From the NCBI GenBank assembly GCA_045863855.1, contig BTVV01000100.1:1-23613 (forward strand): a stretch of DNA of 23,613 nt. The letters run 5' to 3'. Shown here piece after piece: positions 8,203 through 18,783 of the stretch. The DNA comes from Planctomycetota bacterium. GTDB lineage: Bacteria > Planctomycetota > SZUA-567 > H5-PLA8. Under the pieces are notes generated by a model that was given only the letters and a program-made list of their open reading frames with translations, was not told the DNA's origin and made no database searches. The first letter of the stretch is position 1; every line of letters starts with the position of its first letter. A program made the translations under genes and the position numbers.

Positions 8203-10968
8203 GTGAAGCCCATGCGCGGCCGATGGTTGTGGTGGTTGCCGGCAACGGCAGGGCTGCTGGTATTCGCGCTGGCCGATTGGGGCACGCAGCGCGCGGGCAT
8301 GAACGCTCCGGTCCACGATTGGGTGATCCGCCTGCGCGGCCGCCTGGCTCCGCATCCTGACCTGGTGCTGCTGACTCAAGATCGCGGCACCTACGAGCGA
8401 TTGGGCCCAAGCGGCGGCGACGAAGACGCGCACCTGCGTCTGCTCGAAACGCTGTACCGCGCCGGAGCTCGTGCGGTGCTGTACGCTTCCCCCCCGTTCG
8501 ACGATATGCGCGAAGCCGGCGTGCTGGCCGAATGGTCGGTGGAGCATCCTGAGCTGATGCTGCTCTTCGCCGCCCGCGTTTCGATCGACCCGTTCGCCGA
8601 TCCGGCGATTGCCGTCACGCAAGAGCTGGAACCCGAGTTGCGAGAGCGCTTTCAAGCCGGCGTCGCGTATCTGCATCCGGATGAGGACGGAACGGTGCGC
8701 CGCGTGGCGCTCGAGTTGCATCAAAAGGACCGTACGCTGCAGGGCTTCGCCGCGGCCGCCGCCGAGCGACTCGGTGCGCCGCCGCTCGATCCCGCCACCC
8801 GCGCCTCCGGCTCGATCCGGCCGGCCTTCGTCGGCCCCGCTCGCTCCTATCCGTCCTTCTCGCTTTGGCGCGTGGTGGAAGGCGACGTGCCGCTGGAATT
8901 GCTGAAGGGCAAGATCTGCCTGGTTGGGCGCACCGATTCTTCCCGCGTGGCGTTGTACCCGACGCCCACGAGCGAGACGCCGCTATTCACGACGCCGATG
9001 GAGGTTCAAGCCAACGCGCTGGATGCGCTGCTTTCGGAGCGCTACTACCGGGAGATACCTCCGGCGTGGTACTGGGGCAGCGCGGCAGCCGTCACGATCC
9101 TGCTGACCTGGATCATGCTCGCGCTGCGTCCGCTGCAAAGCCTGGCCATCACCGCATGCTATCTGGCGCTGTTGGTCTTCGGAGCGGCCGAAGCGGCGAA
9201 GCACGGGCCGTGGGAATTGCCGCTCTTGCCGCTGGCGGCCTTAGGCGCGGCTGCCTGCGTGGGCAGCCTGGGCATGCAGTTGGTCAGCATCCAGGACGAT
9301 CTGCTGGACTTGCTGACGGGCACGCACCGGACATCGTGGCTGTTCAAGGAAAGCGGGGACACGTCAGGCGCGGCGCCCGAACGCGCTCTGGAACTGGCCA
9401 ATCTGGTTCTGCGCGCGCAAGGCGTGGCGGTGGCGTTCCGGGCGCCCAAGGGCGGCGGATTCACGGTCGCCGCGTCTTCGGGCTGGGGTCCCGATGCGGA
9501 AGCCTTCGCGGCCGGACAGACGATTCAGGTGCCCGCGCAAGCGCGAGTCGCGGTGCTGGAAGGTGCGAAGCTCCGGCCCGGCCTGCTGGGACCGTGCTGG
9601 GTAGCGCGGCTGAATGCGGATGGTCCGGCCGAAGGCTGGCTGGTGGCGCGGTTGGGCGAGACGCGGCAGGCGGCTCAAGCGGAACCGCTGCTGATCTCGC
9701 TGGCAGAGGTGATGTCGCGATCCTTAATTCCCGCGCGCGAAGGCGCGGCCGCAAGCTGGTGGGATCGCTTGTGGGAACTTCCGCTGCTGCGCGTGCTGAG
9801 CAGTTCGCAGGTGGCGCGCGTGGTGGGGCGCTTGACGGCCGTCGACCGGCGTAACCGCGCGGAGCGCGATGTATTGACGCGGATGCTCGACGACCTGGAA
9901 GTGGGCCTGATCCTGTGCGACGGCACGGGCCGCGTGCGCCTGGCCAACCGCTTTTACCAGGACGTTTCGCAGGCGGCGGGCGTACCGTGGGCCGGTTCGA
10001 ACGGCTTCGAACTGCTTGAGCGGCTGACCCAGAAGGACGCGGCGGCGCTGCTGCCTCCGCTGGCCGGCGCGTTCCAGCGCGACGTGCCCGCGACTTTCCC
10101 GGTGAAGCTGGAGGCGGGCATCCGGCACAGCTTCCTGTTGACGCTGACTCCGCTGCGCACGCAACATGCCTCCGGCGCGCCCAGCGAGCACGCGCCACCG
10201 GCCTGGCCCGACCATTTTCTGCTGGTGCTGGCCGATGTGACGGCGCTGCAGCAACTGGACGCGATGAAAACCGAACTGCTGCAGGCGATCAGCTACAAAG
10301 CGCGCAATCACCTCGCGGTCCTGATCGGGTATAGCGATCTGATTCAGGAATCGCCCGAACTGGCCACGGAGCTGAGCGCGGACCTGAAAGCCGAAGCCGT
10401 GCAGTTAACCGAGATCTTCGACAGCTTCCAGACCGCGGCGGACTTCTCGCTGGACCACCGCGAGCGCAAGCAGAAGGTTCCGATCAACATGACGCGCATG
10501 GCCAGGGACGTGATCCAGAATCTGGCCGAACTGGCGCGCTCGATGCAAGTCGAACTCAAGCAGGAGACGGAACAACTGGTCAACCTGGTGCTGGCCGACG
10601 AGCAAGGCCTGCGCACGGCGCTGATCTCGATTTTATATACCTGCCTGAGCAGCAGCCGGCCCGGCGCAACGGTGACGCTCAAGGTTTCGGAACTGGAAGA
10701 AGCGCTGCTAATCACGATCCAGGGTGAAGGCTGCATCCTTTCGCCGCGTATGATCCAGCGCCTGCTGGTCCGCCCGGAGTCCGAAGAAGAGGAAGAAGAA
10801 GCGGCCACGGGCGAACCGTCCGAAGTGCCGCAGTTGATCGAGCGTGAAGGTTTGAAATGGCTGCGCAAGGCGCGCACGCTTATAGAAGAAAACGAAGGGC
10901 GCATCCTGGTATCCGAGCTTAGCGGCATGGGCGCGGAATTCCGCGTCTCGCTGCCCAAGATCGCCTGA
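8203..10968 (+). CDS. CHASE2-domain membrane sensor with PAS-like domain and degenerate histidine-kinase module
   Basis: N-terminal TM. CHASE2 hallmarks PDEDGTVRRV, LKGKICLVG, YPTP, MEVQANALDALL, followed by three TMs. PAS-like GLILCDGTGRVRLAN. HisKA-like ISYKARNHLAVLIGYSDLI. HATPase-like ending GRILVSELSGMGAEFRVSLP. Confidence 0.85.
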   Translation: MKPMRGRWLWWLPATAGLLVFALADWGTQRAGMNAPVHDWVIRLRGRLAPHPDLVLLTQDRGTYERLGPSGGDEDAHLRLLETLYRAGARAVLYASPPFDDMREAGVLAEWSVEHPELMLLFAARVSIDPFADPAIAVTQELEPELRERFQAGVAYLHPDEDGTVRRVALELHQKDRTLQGFAAAAAERLGAPPLDPATRASGSIRPAFVGPARSYPSFSLWRVVEGDVPLELLKGKICLVGRTDSSRVALYPTPTSETPLFTTPMEVQANALDALLSERYYREIPPAWYWGSAAAVTILLTWIMLALRPLQSLAITACYLALLVFGAAEAAKHGPWELPLLPLAALGAAACVGSLGMQLVSIQDDLLDLLTGTHRTSWLFKESGDTSGAAPERALELANLVLRAQGVAVAFRAPKGGGFTVAASSGWGPDAEAFAAGQTIQVPAQARVAVLEGAKLRPGLLGPCWVARLNADGPAEGWLVARLGETRQAAQAEPLLISLAEVMSRSLIPAREGAAASWWDRLWELPLLRVLSSSQVARVVGRLTAVDRRNRAERDVLTRMLDDLEVGLILCDGTGRVRLANRFYQDVSQAAGVPWAGSNGFELLERLTQKDAAALLPPLAGAFQRDVPATFPVKLEAGIRHSFLLTLTPLRTQHASGAPSEHAPPAWPDHFLLVLADVTALQQLDAMKTELLQAISYKARNHLAVLIGYSDLIQESPELATELSADLKAEAVQLTEIFDSFQTAADFSLDHRERKQKVPINMTRMARDVIQNLAELARSMQVELKQETEQLVNLVLADEQGLRTALISILYTCLSSSRPGATVTLKVSELEEALLITIQGEGCILSPRMIQRLLVRPESEEEEEEAATGEPSEVPQLIEREGLKWLRKARTLIEENEGRILVSELSGMGAEFRVSLPKIA

Positions 10969-10981
10969 ACGGATCGAAGCG

Positions 10982-13900
10982 ATGGGCGAAGGCCTTTTTC
11001 ATCTGCCGCTGTTTCCGGACGGGCCCTTGCAGGGCTCCGTCATCGTAACCGTATTCATCGGCATCCTGGTCATGACTTTCTTCACGGAAACGCTGGGTTG
11101 GGTTTTTTCCGGCCTGGTGGTGCCCGGATACCTGACGCCGATCCTGATCGTCGCGCCGTACAGCGCAGGCGTCATCGTCTTCGAAGCGATCTTGACCTAT
11201 TTCATCGTAGAATGGCTGAGCGAAAAGCTTTCGCAATACGGGTACTGGGCGCCGATGTTCGGCCGCGACAAATTCATCTGCATCGTCTTCATCAGCATCG
11301 TGGTCCGTCTGGTCGTGGAACTGTTTGGCCTGCCCGAACTGGGTCAATGGATTCAGCAGTACGATCCGGAGTTCGATTATCGCAATAAGTTCACGGGCAT
11401 CGGGTTGGTGGTCGTACCGTTGCTGGCCAACACGATCTGGAAGCCGGGCCTGCATCGCGGACTGGGCCATGCGCTGATTGCCATCGCGGTGACCTATACG
11501 TTGGTCGTCTGGGTGCTTATCCCGCATACCAACTTCTCGGTCGCGCGGTTTCACTTCCTGTACGAGGCGGTGGCGCTGGATTTCGCAGCCAGCCCCAAGA
11601 CGTACATCATCCTGCTGATGGGCATCGTGCTCTCCGCTCAGCTCAATTTGTATCTGGGTTGGGATTTCAACGGCGTGATGGTCCCCACGCTGTTGGCGCT
11701 GTCGTGGCTGACGCCGATGGCGTTCGTTTCGACGATGGGCGAAGCCGTCGTGATCCTGTTTCTGGCCAAACTGGTGGTGATGCTCCCGAAGCTGCGCACG
11801 ACCACGATGGAAGGTCCGCGTCTCGTCTGCCTGCTTTTCACGATCGGCTTTCTCGAAAAGATGCTGGTGGGGCATTTGTTCTCGCAGGTCTGGCCCGAAT
11901 TCGCGTACGAACACCTCTTCGGCCACGGCTACATGCTTTCCACGCTGCTGGCGTTGAAGATGTGGCAGAAGAAAATATTCATGCGCTTGGTGCTGCCGGT
12001 GACGCAAGTCTCGCTGGCGGCGTTGATAATCGGAAGCCTGGTGGGCTGGGGCTGCCTGGCGTGGTTGAATCCGGCGGCGTGGTTTCGCGTAGAAGCCTCG
12101 TCGGCGACGACGCGCCCGCGGCTGGAGATCAAGAAGCAGGCTCCCTACGACGCGTTGATCCAGGATCTGCCGCGGCTCCTGCGCCCGGGCGGAACTTCGA
12201 CGGTGGCGCGGATGCTGCCCGACGAAGCGCAGTCGTTCCAGGCGCTGATCGAACGCCTGAGCGAACAGACGTCGCAACGCGTTACGGAAGAAGAGCTGCG
12301 CGCGGCCGGCGACCAAGCCCGTTCGCTGGGCTTCGAACTGCTGATTCTGGAAGATCCGCTGAGCGACGCGCGCTACGCGTATCTGCGAGAACCTCCGGCG
12401 ATCCAGCCGTCCCGGGGCTGGGGCTTGTTCCTGTTCCGAATCGCCCCGCGCCACCGCATGCTGATCGAGACGCCGCGCCCGGTGGCGGAACCACGGACGG
12501 TGGAAAGTGCGGCGGTGCTACTCGAACTGCTCGGCGCGCACGCCCTGATCGTGCCGGGAGCGCACTACCAGACTAATCTGGACGGGACCAGCGACGTGCT
12601 GCGCTGGAGCCGCGCGCCATTCCGGCTGGCGCATGCGCAGTTACACACGCATCACGTGCTCGAAGTACGCGCCGCGCCGGAGCTGAATGCCACGACGCTG
12701 TGGGTCGAAACGGAATTGCCCGAGGCCGTGCGCGTACGGGAGCTTCAGGGTTGGCTGGGCGCGTTGAAGCTGGCCATGCCGCCGAATCCGGCGCCGCTGG
12801 CGAACGAAGGCTTGCGCTTGGGTTCGCGGCCGAGTTTCTGCACGCTGGCGCTGGCGCCGCTGGCCACGCGCACACTGCTGGCGGCGCGCTTTCGCGCGCG
12901 CGAACAGCCCGGCGAAGCGGCGCGCGAGCGCATCGCCACCGAAGACGGGCACGTCGTCATGCTCGCACGCAAACGGCTCGACGAACTGCGCGGCGCGCGC
13001 GCCTTGGATCTGCGTCCGCCGGACCGCTCTGAGTTGCTCTACTTCGATCAGCAGGTGCTGACCCCGCTGCTGGACTTGGCCATGACCGAGACGGCGGAAA
13101 GCGAAGAGACCTCGCGGCACCGCGAAGAGTCGCTCAAGCCCGTCGCGCACGCCGCGCGGCAGATCGGCTACCGGCTGGAGCTGGTGCGGCATCGCGCGGG
13201 ACCGGTCTTCGCGCTCTTGTCCGAGGAACGCGCCATTCCGGGCGGATGGGGCACGTTCGCGATTCGCTTCGGTCCGGCCAGGCCGGTGCATCTGCTGGCC
13301 CCCTACCCCATTTCGGAGCTGAACACGCATGCCGCGGCGCTGGAGCTTTTCGTGGCGCTCGACGCGCGAGCCGTCTCGCTGGGCGCTGTCGCCCCCGTCC
13401 AATTAACCGAAACGCCCCTCGACGCGCGGCAGCGTTTCGAACTCGTATCGCTCTACCAGTTGGTACACCAGACCGTACAGCGCTTCGGTTGGCTCAAGGG
13501 TCGTATCGTCAGCCTAGAAGTCCGTGGTTCGGCGAACTGGCCGGCCGATGTCACCGAATCGGCGATCTTGCGCGAGAGCAACATTCTGGGCGGCTTGAAA
13601 GCGATCTCGTCCGAAGTGCGCGGCCTGGCCGAAGCCCTGACCGCGCTGGGTCTGCCTGCGAAGCTGCACAACGGCGAAGCGAACTTGATCGCTTTCGGCC
13701 TGGGCGAGAATCCCCAATTGCGCTACAGCGTCTCCCACGGCGCCGGTCCCTACGCGGCGGTCTGGTTCACGCGCGAAACGCGGTTGCGCTTCCGCGACGC
13801 CGAGCCCGACCCCGGCCGCGAGGCGCTCCTGGAGGCCGTCGGCTTGCCGCGCACCGAAGTGCTGTTGGGCGAACGGCTGCGCGCGGAGCCGGATGCCACC

Positions 13901-14266
13901 GACGCGGTGCTTCCGGCGGGCGATCCCTGGACGCTTTTCGGTCCGGCGCTGGACGAAGCGCGCACCTACGCGGCCGACCGCAACGCCGTGCGCCTCGAAC
14001 GCCTCGTGCAGGTCGCCCGCGAGCGCGGCCTGTCGATAAGCTACCTTTACGAGCGGCAACGCGGGCTGCCCATGCTGGAGTTGCAGGCCGTCTTCTTCCC
14101 GAATCGGCGCGTGCGCGCGATCGTGAACCTCGCGGCGCTCTCGGACCTTGAACAAACCGTGGATACGGGAGCGGAAGAGTCGGCGGCCCGCACGTTCCTC
14201 GACCGCCGTCCGGCTCTCTTGCGTGAAGGTCTGCCCCCGAGGCCGCCCCGGAGGCCCGAGCCGTGA
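10982..14266 (+). CDS. pgsC: PgsC/CapC-like polytopic membrane protein (duplicated PgsC module) fused to a large extracytoplasmic region
   Basis: PgsC signature ETLGWVFSGLVVPGYLTP, and a second copy LYLGWDFNGVMVPTLLAL, within ~360 hydrophobic residues. About 730 aa of soluble region follow, containing two related repeats. Confidence 0.8.
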   Translation: MGEGLFHLPLFPDGPLQGSVIVTVFIGILVMTFFTETLGWVFSGLVVPGYLTPILIVAPYSAGVIVFEAILTYFIVEWLSEKLSQYGYWAPMFGRDKFICIVFISIVVRLVVELFGLPELGQWIQQYDPEFDYRNKFTGIGLVVVPLLANTIWKPGLHRGLGHALIAIAVTYTLVVWVLIPHTNFSVARFHFLYEAVALDFAASPKTYIILLMGIVLSAQLNLYLGWDFNGVMVPTLLALSWLTPMAFVSTMGEAVVILFLAKLVVMLPKLRTTTMEGPRLVCLLFTIGFLEKMLVGHLFSQVWPEFAYEHLFGHGYMLSTLLALKMWQKKIFMRLVLPVTQVSLAALIIGSLVGWGCLAWLNPAAWFRVEASSATTRPRLEIKKQAPYDALIQDLPRLLRPGGTSTVARMLPDEAQSFQALIERLSEQTSQRVTEEELRAAGDQARSLGFELLILEDPLSDARYAYLREPPAIQPSRGWGLFLFRIAPRHRMLIETPRPVAEPRTVESAAVLLELLGAHALIVPGAHYQTNLDGTSDVLRWSRAPFRLAHAQLHTHHVLEVRAAPELNATTLWVETELPEAVRVRELQGWLGALKLAMPPNPAPLANEGLRLGSRPSFCTLALAPLATRTLLAARFRAREQPGEAARERIATEDGHVVMLARKRLDELRGARALDLRPPDRSELLYFDQQVLTPLLDLAMTETAESEETSRHREESLKPVAHAARQIGYRLELVRHRAGPVFALLSEERAIPGGWGTFAIRFGPARPVHLLAPYPISELNTHAAALELFVALDARAVSLGAVAPVQLTETPLDARQRFELVSLYQLVHQTVQRFGWLKGRIVSLEVRGSANWPADVTESAILRESNILGGLKAISSEVRGLAEALTALGLPAKLHNGEANLIAFGLGENPQLRYSVSHGAGPYAAVWFTRETRLRFRDAEPDPGREALLEAVGLPRTEVLLGERLRAEPDATDAVLPAGDPWTLFGPALDEARTYAADRNAVRLERLVQVARERGLSISYLYERQRGLPMLELQAVFFPNRRVRAIVNLAALSDLEQTVDTGAEESAARTFLDRRPALLREGLPPRPPRRPEP

Positions 14267-17200
14267 AGGTGACGAAGGGGCACAACTACCTCATCGCCGG
14301 CGCAGTGGCGCTCTTTGTCGCGCTGCGGCTGCTGGCGTGGTGGAGCCAGCCGCTGGCCGACGCGAAACCGGTAAACGTGGAGCCCGACCTATCCATCGCC
14401 GCCAGTCGAGTCTACTACCGGATCGGGACCGAGGCGCATCTGCGCGTGGCGCTGGAACCCGGTGAGGACGCGGTCAAAATAGTCTCGATCCTCGAATGGC
14501 CGCGGCAGGTGCTCCCCTTCGCGGAAGCGAATCTGGTCCCGTACGCGTTGGAAGTCCAGTTGCTCGACGCTCAACAGCGCCTCCTGTGGCAGGGACGCAC
14601 GTGGCTGCAGACGCGCAAGACGCGGAAGCTTCGTGAGGGCGGCCAGGCGCCGCTGGAGCCGGCGTTTTACTTATCCGGGCCCGACACACTGCTCGATCCG
14701 CGGCTGCTGACGGTCCCGGTGGGTCGCGTCGCTCCCGGTGCGCGGTTTCTGACGGTGCGCCTGGCCGAACCGGCGGCGGGCGCAGCCGTGGCGCGCTGCT
14801 TCCGCCCGTTCCAACTGGTCGGAGTGGAACCGTTGAACGCCTGGGACCGCTTACCTTACGAGCAACGCGAAGAGCTGACGCGCGCGAACCTCTTCGATCC
14901 CAGCCTGCTCAGCGACGAAGAACGCGCGCAATTGGTTCGGCAGCGCTGGCGCGTGGCGATTCCGGTGGGCGACGAAGGCAAGGATTTCCAGCCGGTTTCC
15001 ATTTACCTCAACCCGCGCGAACTCCTGGAAGAGGACGAGCACGCCGAACCCGAAGAAGTCCATGCCGACCTGCAGCCGGGCCACGAGCGCGTTTACAATG
15101 TGGAAGGTCCGGCGGTGGTGCGGCTTCTGGCGCGCGGGCCCGGAGGGCAAGCGGCCACCGTGCGCGTGCGGCTGGAATGCGAATGGCGGGAACCGAACGC
15201 GCCTCCGCGGACGGAACAGCATCCCGCGGCGCTTTCGTCCGATCAGGCATCCGAAATCGCGCGATGGGATTTGAAAGCCGGCCCGGCAACCCTGATTCTA
15301 CGCAGCCTGGAAGGCGCCGGCCGCGTCAGTTTGCAGGCCAACTTGCCCGCGCCGACGGGTGAGTCCTGGCGCACCCTTCCCATCGAGGACCGCGCCGGCT
15401 ACTGGTATCTGTGCGGCACGCACGACGCGCTCAAAAAGTAGGGGCTGGCCACCCAAGTTCCCGCATCGCCGGAAGATGCGGCATTCGACTTCGAACTTCC
15501 GGATACCTTGCACCCCGAACACGGCTTGTACCGCTTGCGTGTGCGGCCGCTGCGGCCTCCGGGGAGCGAGCCGGCCGCGCCAACGGCAGTGCGCGCGGAA
15601 TTCCTCGACGAGTTCGGCGCGCGAGTCGCCACGCGCGATCTCGCCCCGCCGTCGGCTCCCGATCCGCTTTCCTGGCTTACCGATCGCGCCGTAACGTGCA
15701 CCGTCGGCCAAGCCTTGGCCTATTACCTTGCGGTACCGAAGTACGCCCATAGCCTGCGCATTTCCGCCGAGACGCCGTGCCTCGTACACTTGGCCAGCCG
15801 AACGGCTTCGATTCCGTTCGATACGTACGTGCCGGAAGACTACAGCGAGGGCTCGGATACCCGGCTTCGCACCGGCCAGGAAGACGCGGTTCAGACGTGG
15901 TTCTCGGTCCGGCCGCGGCAGCATTTGGCGGCGTTCTCGCGTGGCCGCATCGTCGCGCTACATTCGGCTCAGCCGTGGCTGGCTCCGCGCGAAGTATTCG
16001 ACGATCCCGAAGGGGAACGCTTCGGCGTCGCCGCCATCGCGCATGCCGGCGAAACTCAGATCCTGTGGCCCGCGCCGAAGCTCGAAACGCTGCGCGAACC
16101 GGTCGACTGGAATACAGGCAGCTACGTGCGACTCGATCCGAACGAGGCGCAAGCCTTCCGACTGCCGCAAGGCTTTCGCGTCGACGCCGACGAGCCGTAC
16201 CTGCTGCGCCTGCTGGGCCGCAAGCCCGCCGCATGGCCCCAGCTATTCCAAGAACCGGGCCATCGGCCCATCGAGATTCTGCGAACGGTTCGCGGACCGG
16301 ACGCCGCCTCGCTCGGTCTGTTCGGAACCGAAGCGCGGATCGTTGCGGAGGGCAACCAGGCCGTATTCATTAACGCGCTGCCCGAAGCGGCGCAGCCTGA
16401 ACAGATCTGGCGCCTGCGCACGGGATACCGGGCATCGCCCACGCAACCGGCACTCTTCCTGCTCGAAAAGCCCGGCCCCGGCCCGGTGTCCGTATCGCTT
16501 ACGCTCTGCGCGACCGGCCATGACGGCACGGACGCAGCGGAATCTGCCGCGCCCGACTCCGCGACGCCGGCGGCGGTGGTCACACTGGACGATTCCGCCG
16601 TGGCGGCCTCCGATGCGCCGCGTTTCCGCATGGAAGTGGAAGTGAAGGCGCTGGGCACGGAAGCGCAAACCGTGCGCGCGCCGGTCGCCGAATCGTTCAC
16701 GTTTCAACGCCGCCGATTTTTCATTCGTTCGGCGGGGCTCGGCACGGGCGAAGCGCTGCTGGGTGGAGCGCGCACGCAGCGCCTCACCGAGACGGCACGG
16801 GTCTTCATGCCGCTGAAAGAAGATCTGCCCGCGGGGCGCTATCTAATCCGGGTCAAACCGTTGGGCGACTACGATCTCTGGCTACGCATGACGGCGCGGG
16901 CCGAACACGAGATGCTGCTTCCGCCCGGCCGCCAGACGGTCTGGCACCTGCGCGGGCCCGAGGTCGTACGGCTGCGCTGGCGCTCGCACGACCCCGCGAA
17001 GCGCCGCGAGATCGCTCCGCTGGAAGTCGTCGCGGTCACGCCCGAAGGCGCGCAGCCGCTCAAGGGCGTGCTGGAGCCCACTACCGGCGAAGGGACGGAG
17101 ATCGCCAAGCAGTACCTGCTTCCCGAAGGTCTGATGAGTTTCTTCGTCAGCCATCCGGCGCGCGGCGAAGGGAAGCCTGAGGACGCCGTTGAGGTGGAAT

Positions 17201-18780
17201 TGGCGCGCCGCCAGGGCAGCGCCCCGGCAGTCCGTTCGGTCCGTATCGCCACGCCCGCAGGCGCGCCGGCGTGGGAGCCGCTGGACGATGAACTCTTCAC
17301 TTTCACGCGCTGGCGCTTGGCCGCACACGATCCGCCGCTGAAATTCGAGGTGCCTCCGGAAGAAAACGCCGCAGCGGCGGCCCTGTTGCATTTCGAGTTC
17401 CGGGCGCTGGTATCCGGCACGCCGCCGGATTGGCCGGCGGCGCGCTCCATGGTCACAGCCACCTGGTACGACGCGGCGGGCACGGAATTGGGCGCGTCGC
17501 AGCGCGCGGTCGCCTTCGAGCAGGATCCGCTATCCTGGGTGGAAGGTTCGAGCAGCCACGTAAGCGGCGCGGTGGGGCTGGATTTGGAACTCCCCGCCAC
17601 GGCGCGGCGCGTGGAACTGCGCGCGGCAGGCAGCGCCAATGCGACGCTCCTGGCGTGGGCCGCGCGGCGCTGGCGCGAAGTTCCACCCATTCATCTGCTG
17701 CATCCCTCCACTCTGCGCCAAGCTCCGGTGGTCGTGCGCACACCTTTGCGCTTCTTCGACGAGTACGAAGCACTGCTGCCGCTGCCCGAATCCGGAGCGA
17801 AGACGCTCGCGCCCGAGCGTTACGTAGCAATTCGCTCAAGCCATGCGGTCTTGAGTGTGGTGGAGAGCGGAGATTGGACGCGCCTGGCCTCGAGCGAAGG
17901 CGTGCTGTTGCCGTGCTCGGCCGAAGGCGGCGCGATGGCGTTCGTCGAACCGAGTTATATGAAGGTGGGCGCACCCCTGCCCTGGTCGCCTGCGACTTTC
18001 GCGCACATTAAAGAGGGATTGACGCACGCCGTGGCGGTTTCCGGCGGCGAAGGCGCACCCGAGAACATCGGCGTGGACCTGCTGGTGCGCTACCGCCTCC
18101 ACGAAAAGTTCGATCCCTCCAAGCCGATCCGGGTCTGGTTGAACCAGCGCGAAGCGGCCACTCTGCTGCCGCGCACGCCGGCCGGCCTCCTGCGTATACC
18201 GGATGTCCGGCCGGGAAAGCACCTGTTGCGCGTGGTCACGGGACAACCTGACGCCGAACTGTTCGTCAACGCGCTCCCGACCGAGAACCTGGGCGATCTG
18301 CGCTACCGCGCTCGCGAAGCCTGGATCGTGCCGAACGACGGACGCCTCGAAGTGCGCATCGACCGGCCGCGCCAGGAAGCGCAGACCGTTCACGTGGCGC
18401 TGTATGTGGGCGAAGAGCAAAGCGCCGCCTGGGCCGCGCAAAAGCGCTTCGTGGTGGAGGCCGAACTGCTCGACCGGCCGGAGTCGCTCCCGGTGGGCAT
18501 GCTCCGAAGCGGCACCACGCGTTCGGCGCGGCGTTTCGTGATCCCGGTCCGTGACGCCGGCGCGCCTTCCTTCACGGTGGGCGGATCGGCCCGCTACCGA
18601 AACGCGGGACTCCTGTTCTTCCCGCTGGAGGACGACCTGCCGCCCGGCGCGTACCGCCTGCGCATCCGCTTTCCCAGCGGCCTGAAAGTGCTGGCGCGAC
18701 CGTTCGAGCGCGTAGAAAAGGGAACCGTGGAGCGCGCTTCGTACCGATTGGGCTACGAACCGGCGCAGGAGGAACGCTGA
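14263..18780 (+). pseudogene. Giant (~1505-codon) exported/membrane-anchored protein with a tandem ~600-aa duplication, interrupted by a single in-frame TAG at 15439-15441 (ORF track splits it into 14263-15441 and 15508-18780)
   Basis: Both ORFs share one frame and the 66 nt between them contain no stop. The start overlaps the pgsC stop (GTGA). N-terminal hydrophobic segment YLIAGAVALFVALRLLAWW. The first internal repeat spans the stop. The downstream piece has a TTG start, no evident RBS and no signal peptide. Confidence 0.7.
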
Positions 18781-18783
18781 CCC

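Noticed and set aside
15439..15441. Genome-wide TAG reassignment or programmed frameshift as explanation for the internal stop
   Set aside because: pgsB terminates at TAG immediately before a convergent gene, so TAG works as a stop here. A -1 shift at AAA AAG enters a frame that closes at 15752 and does not rejoin the downstream ORF.
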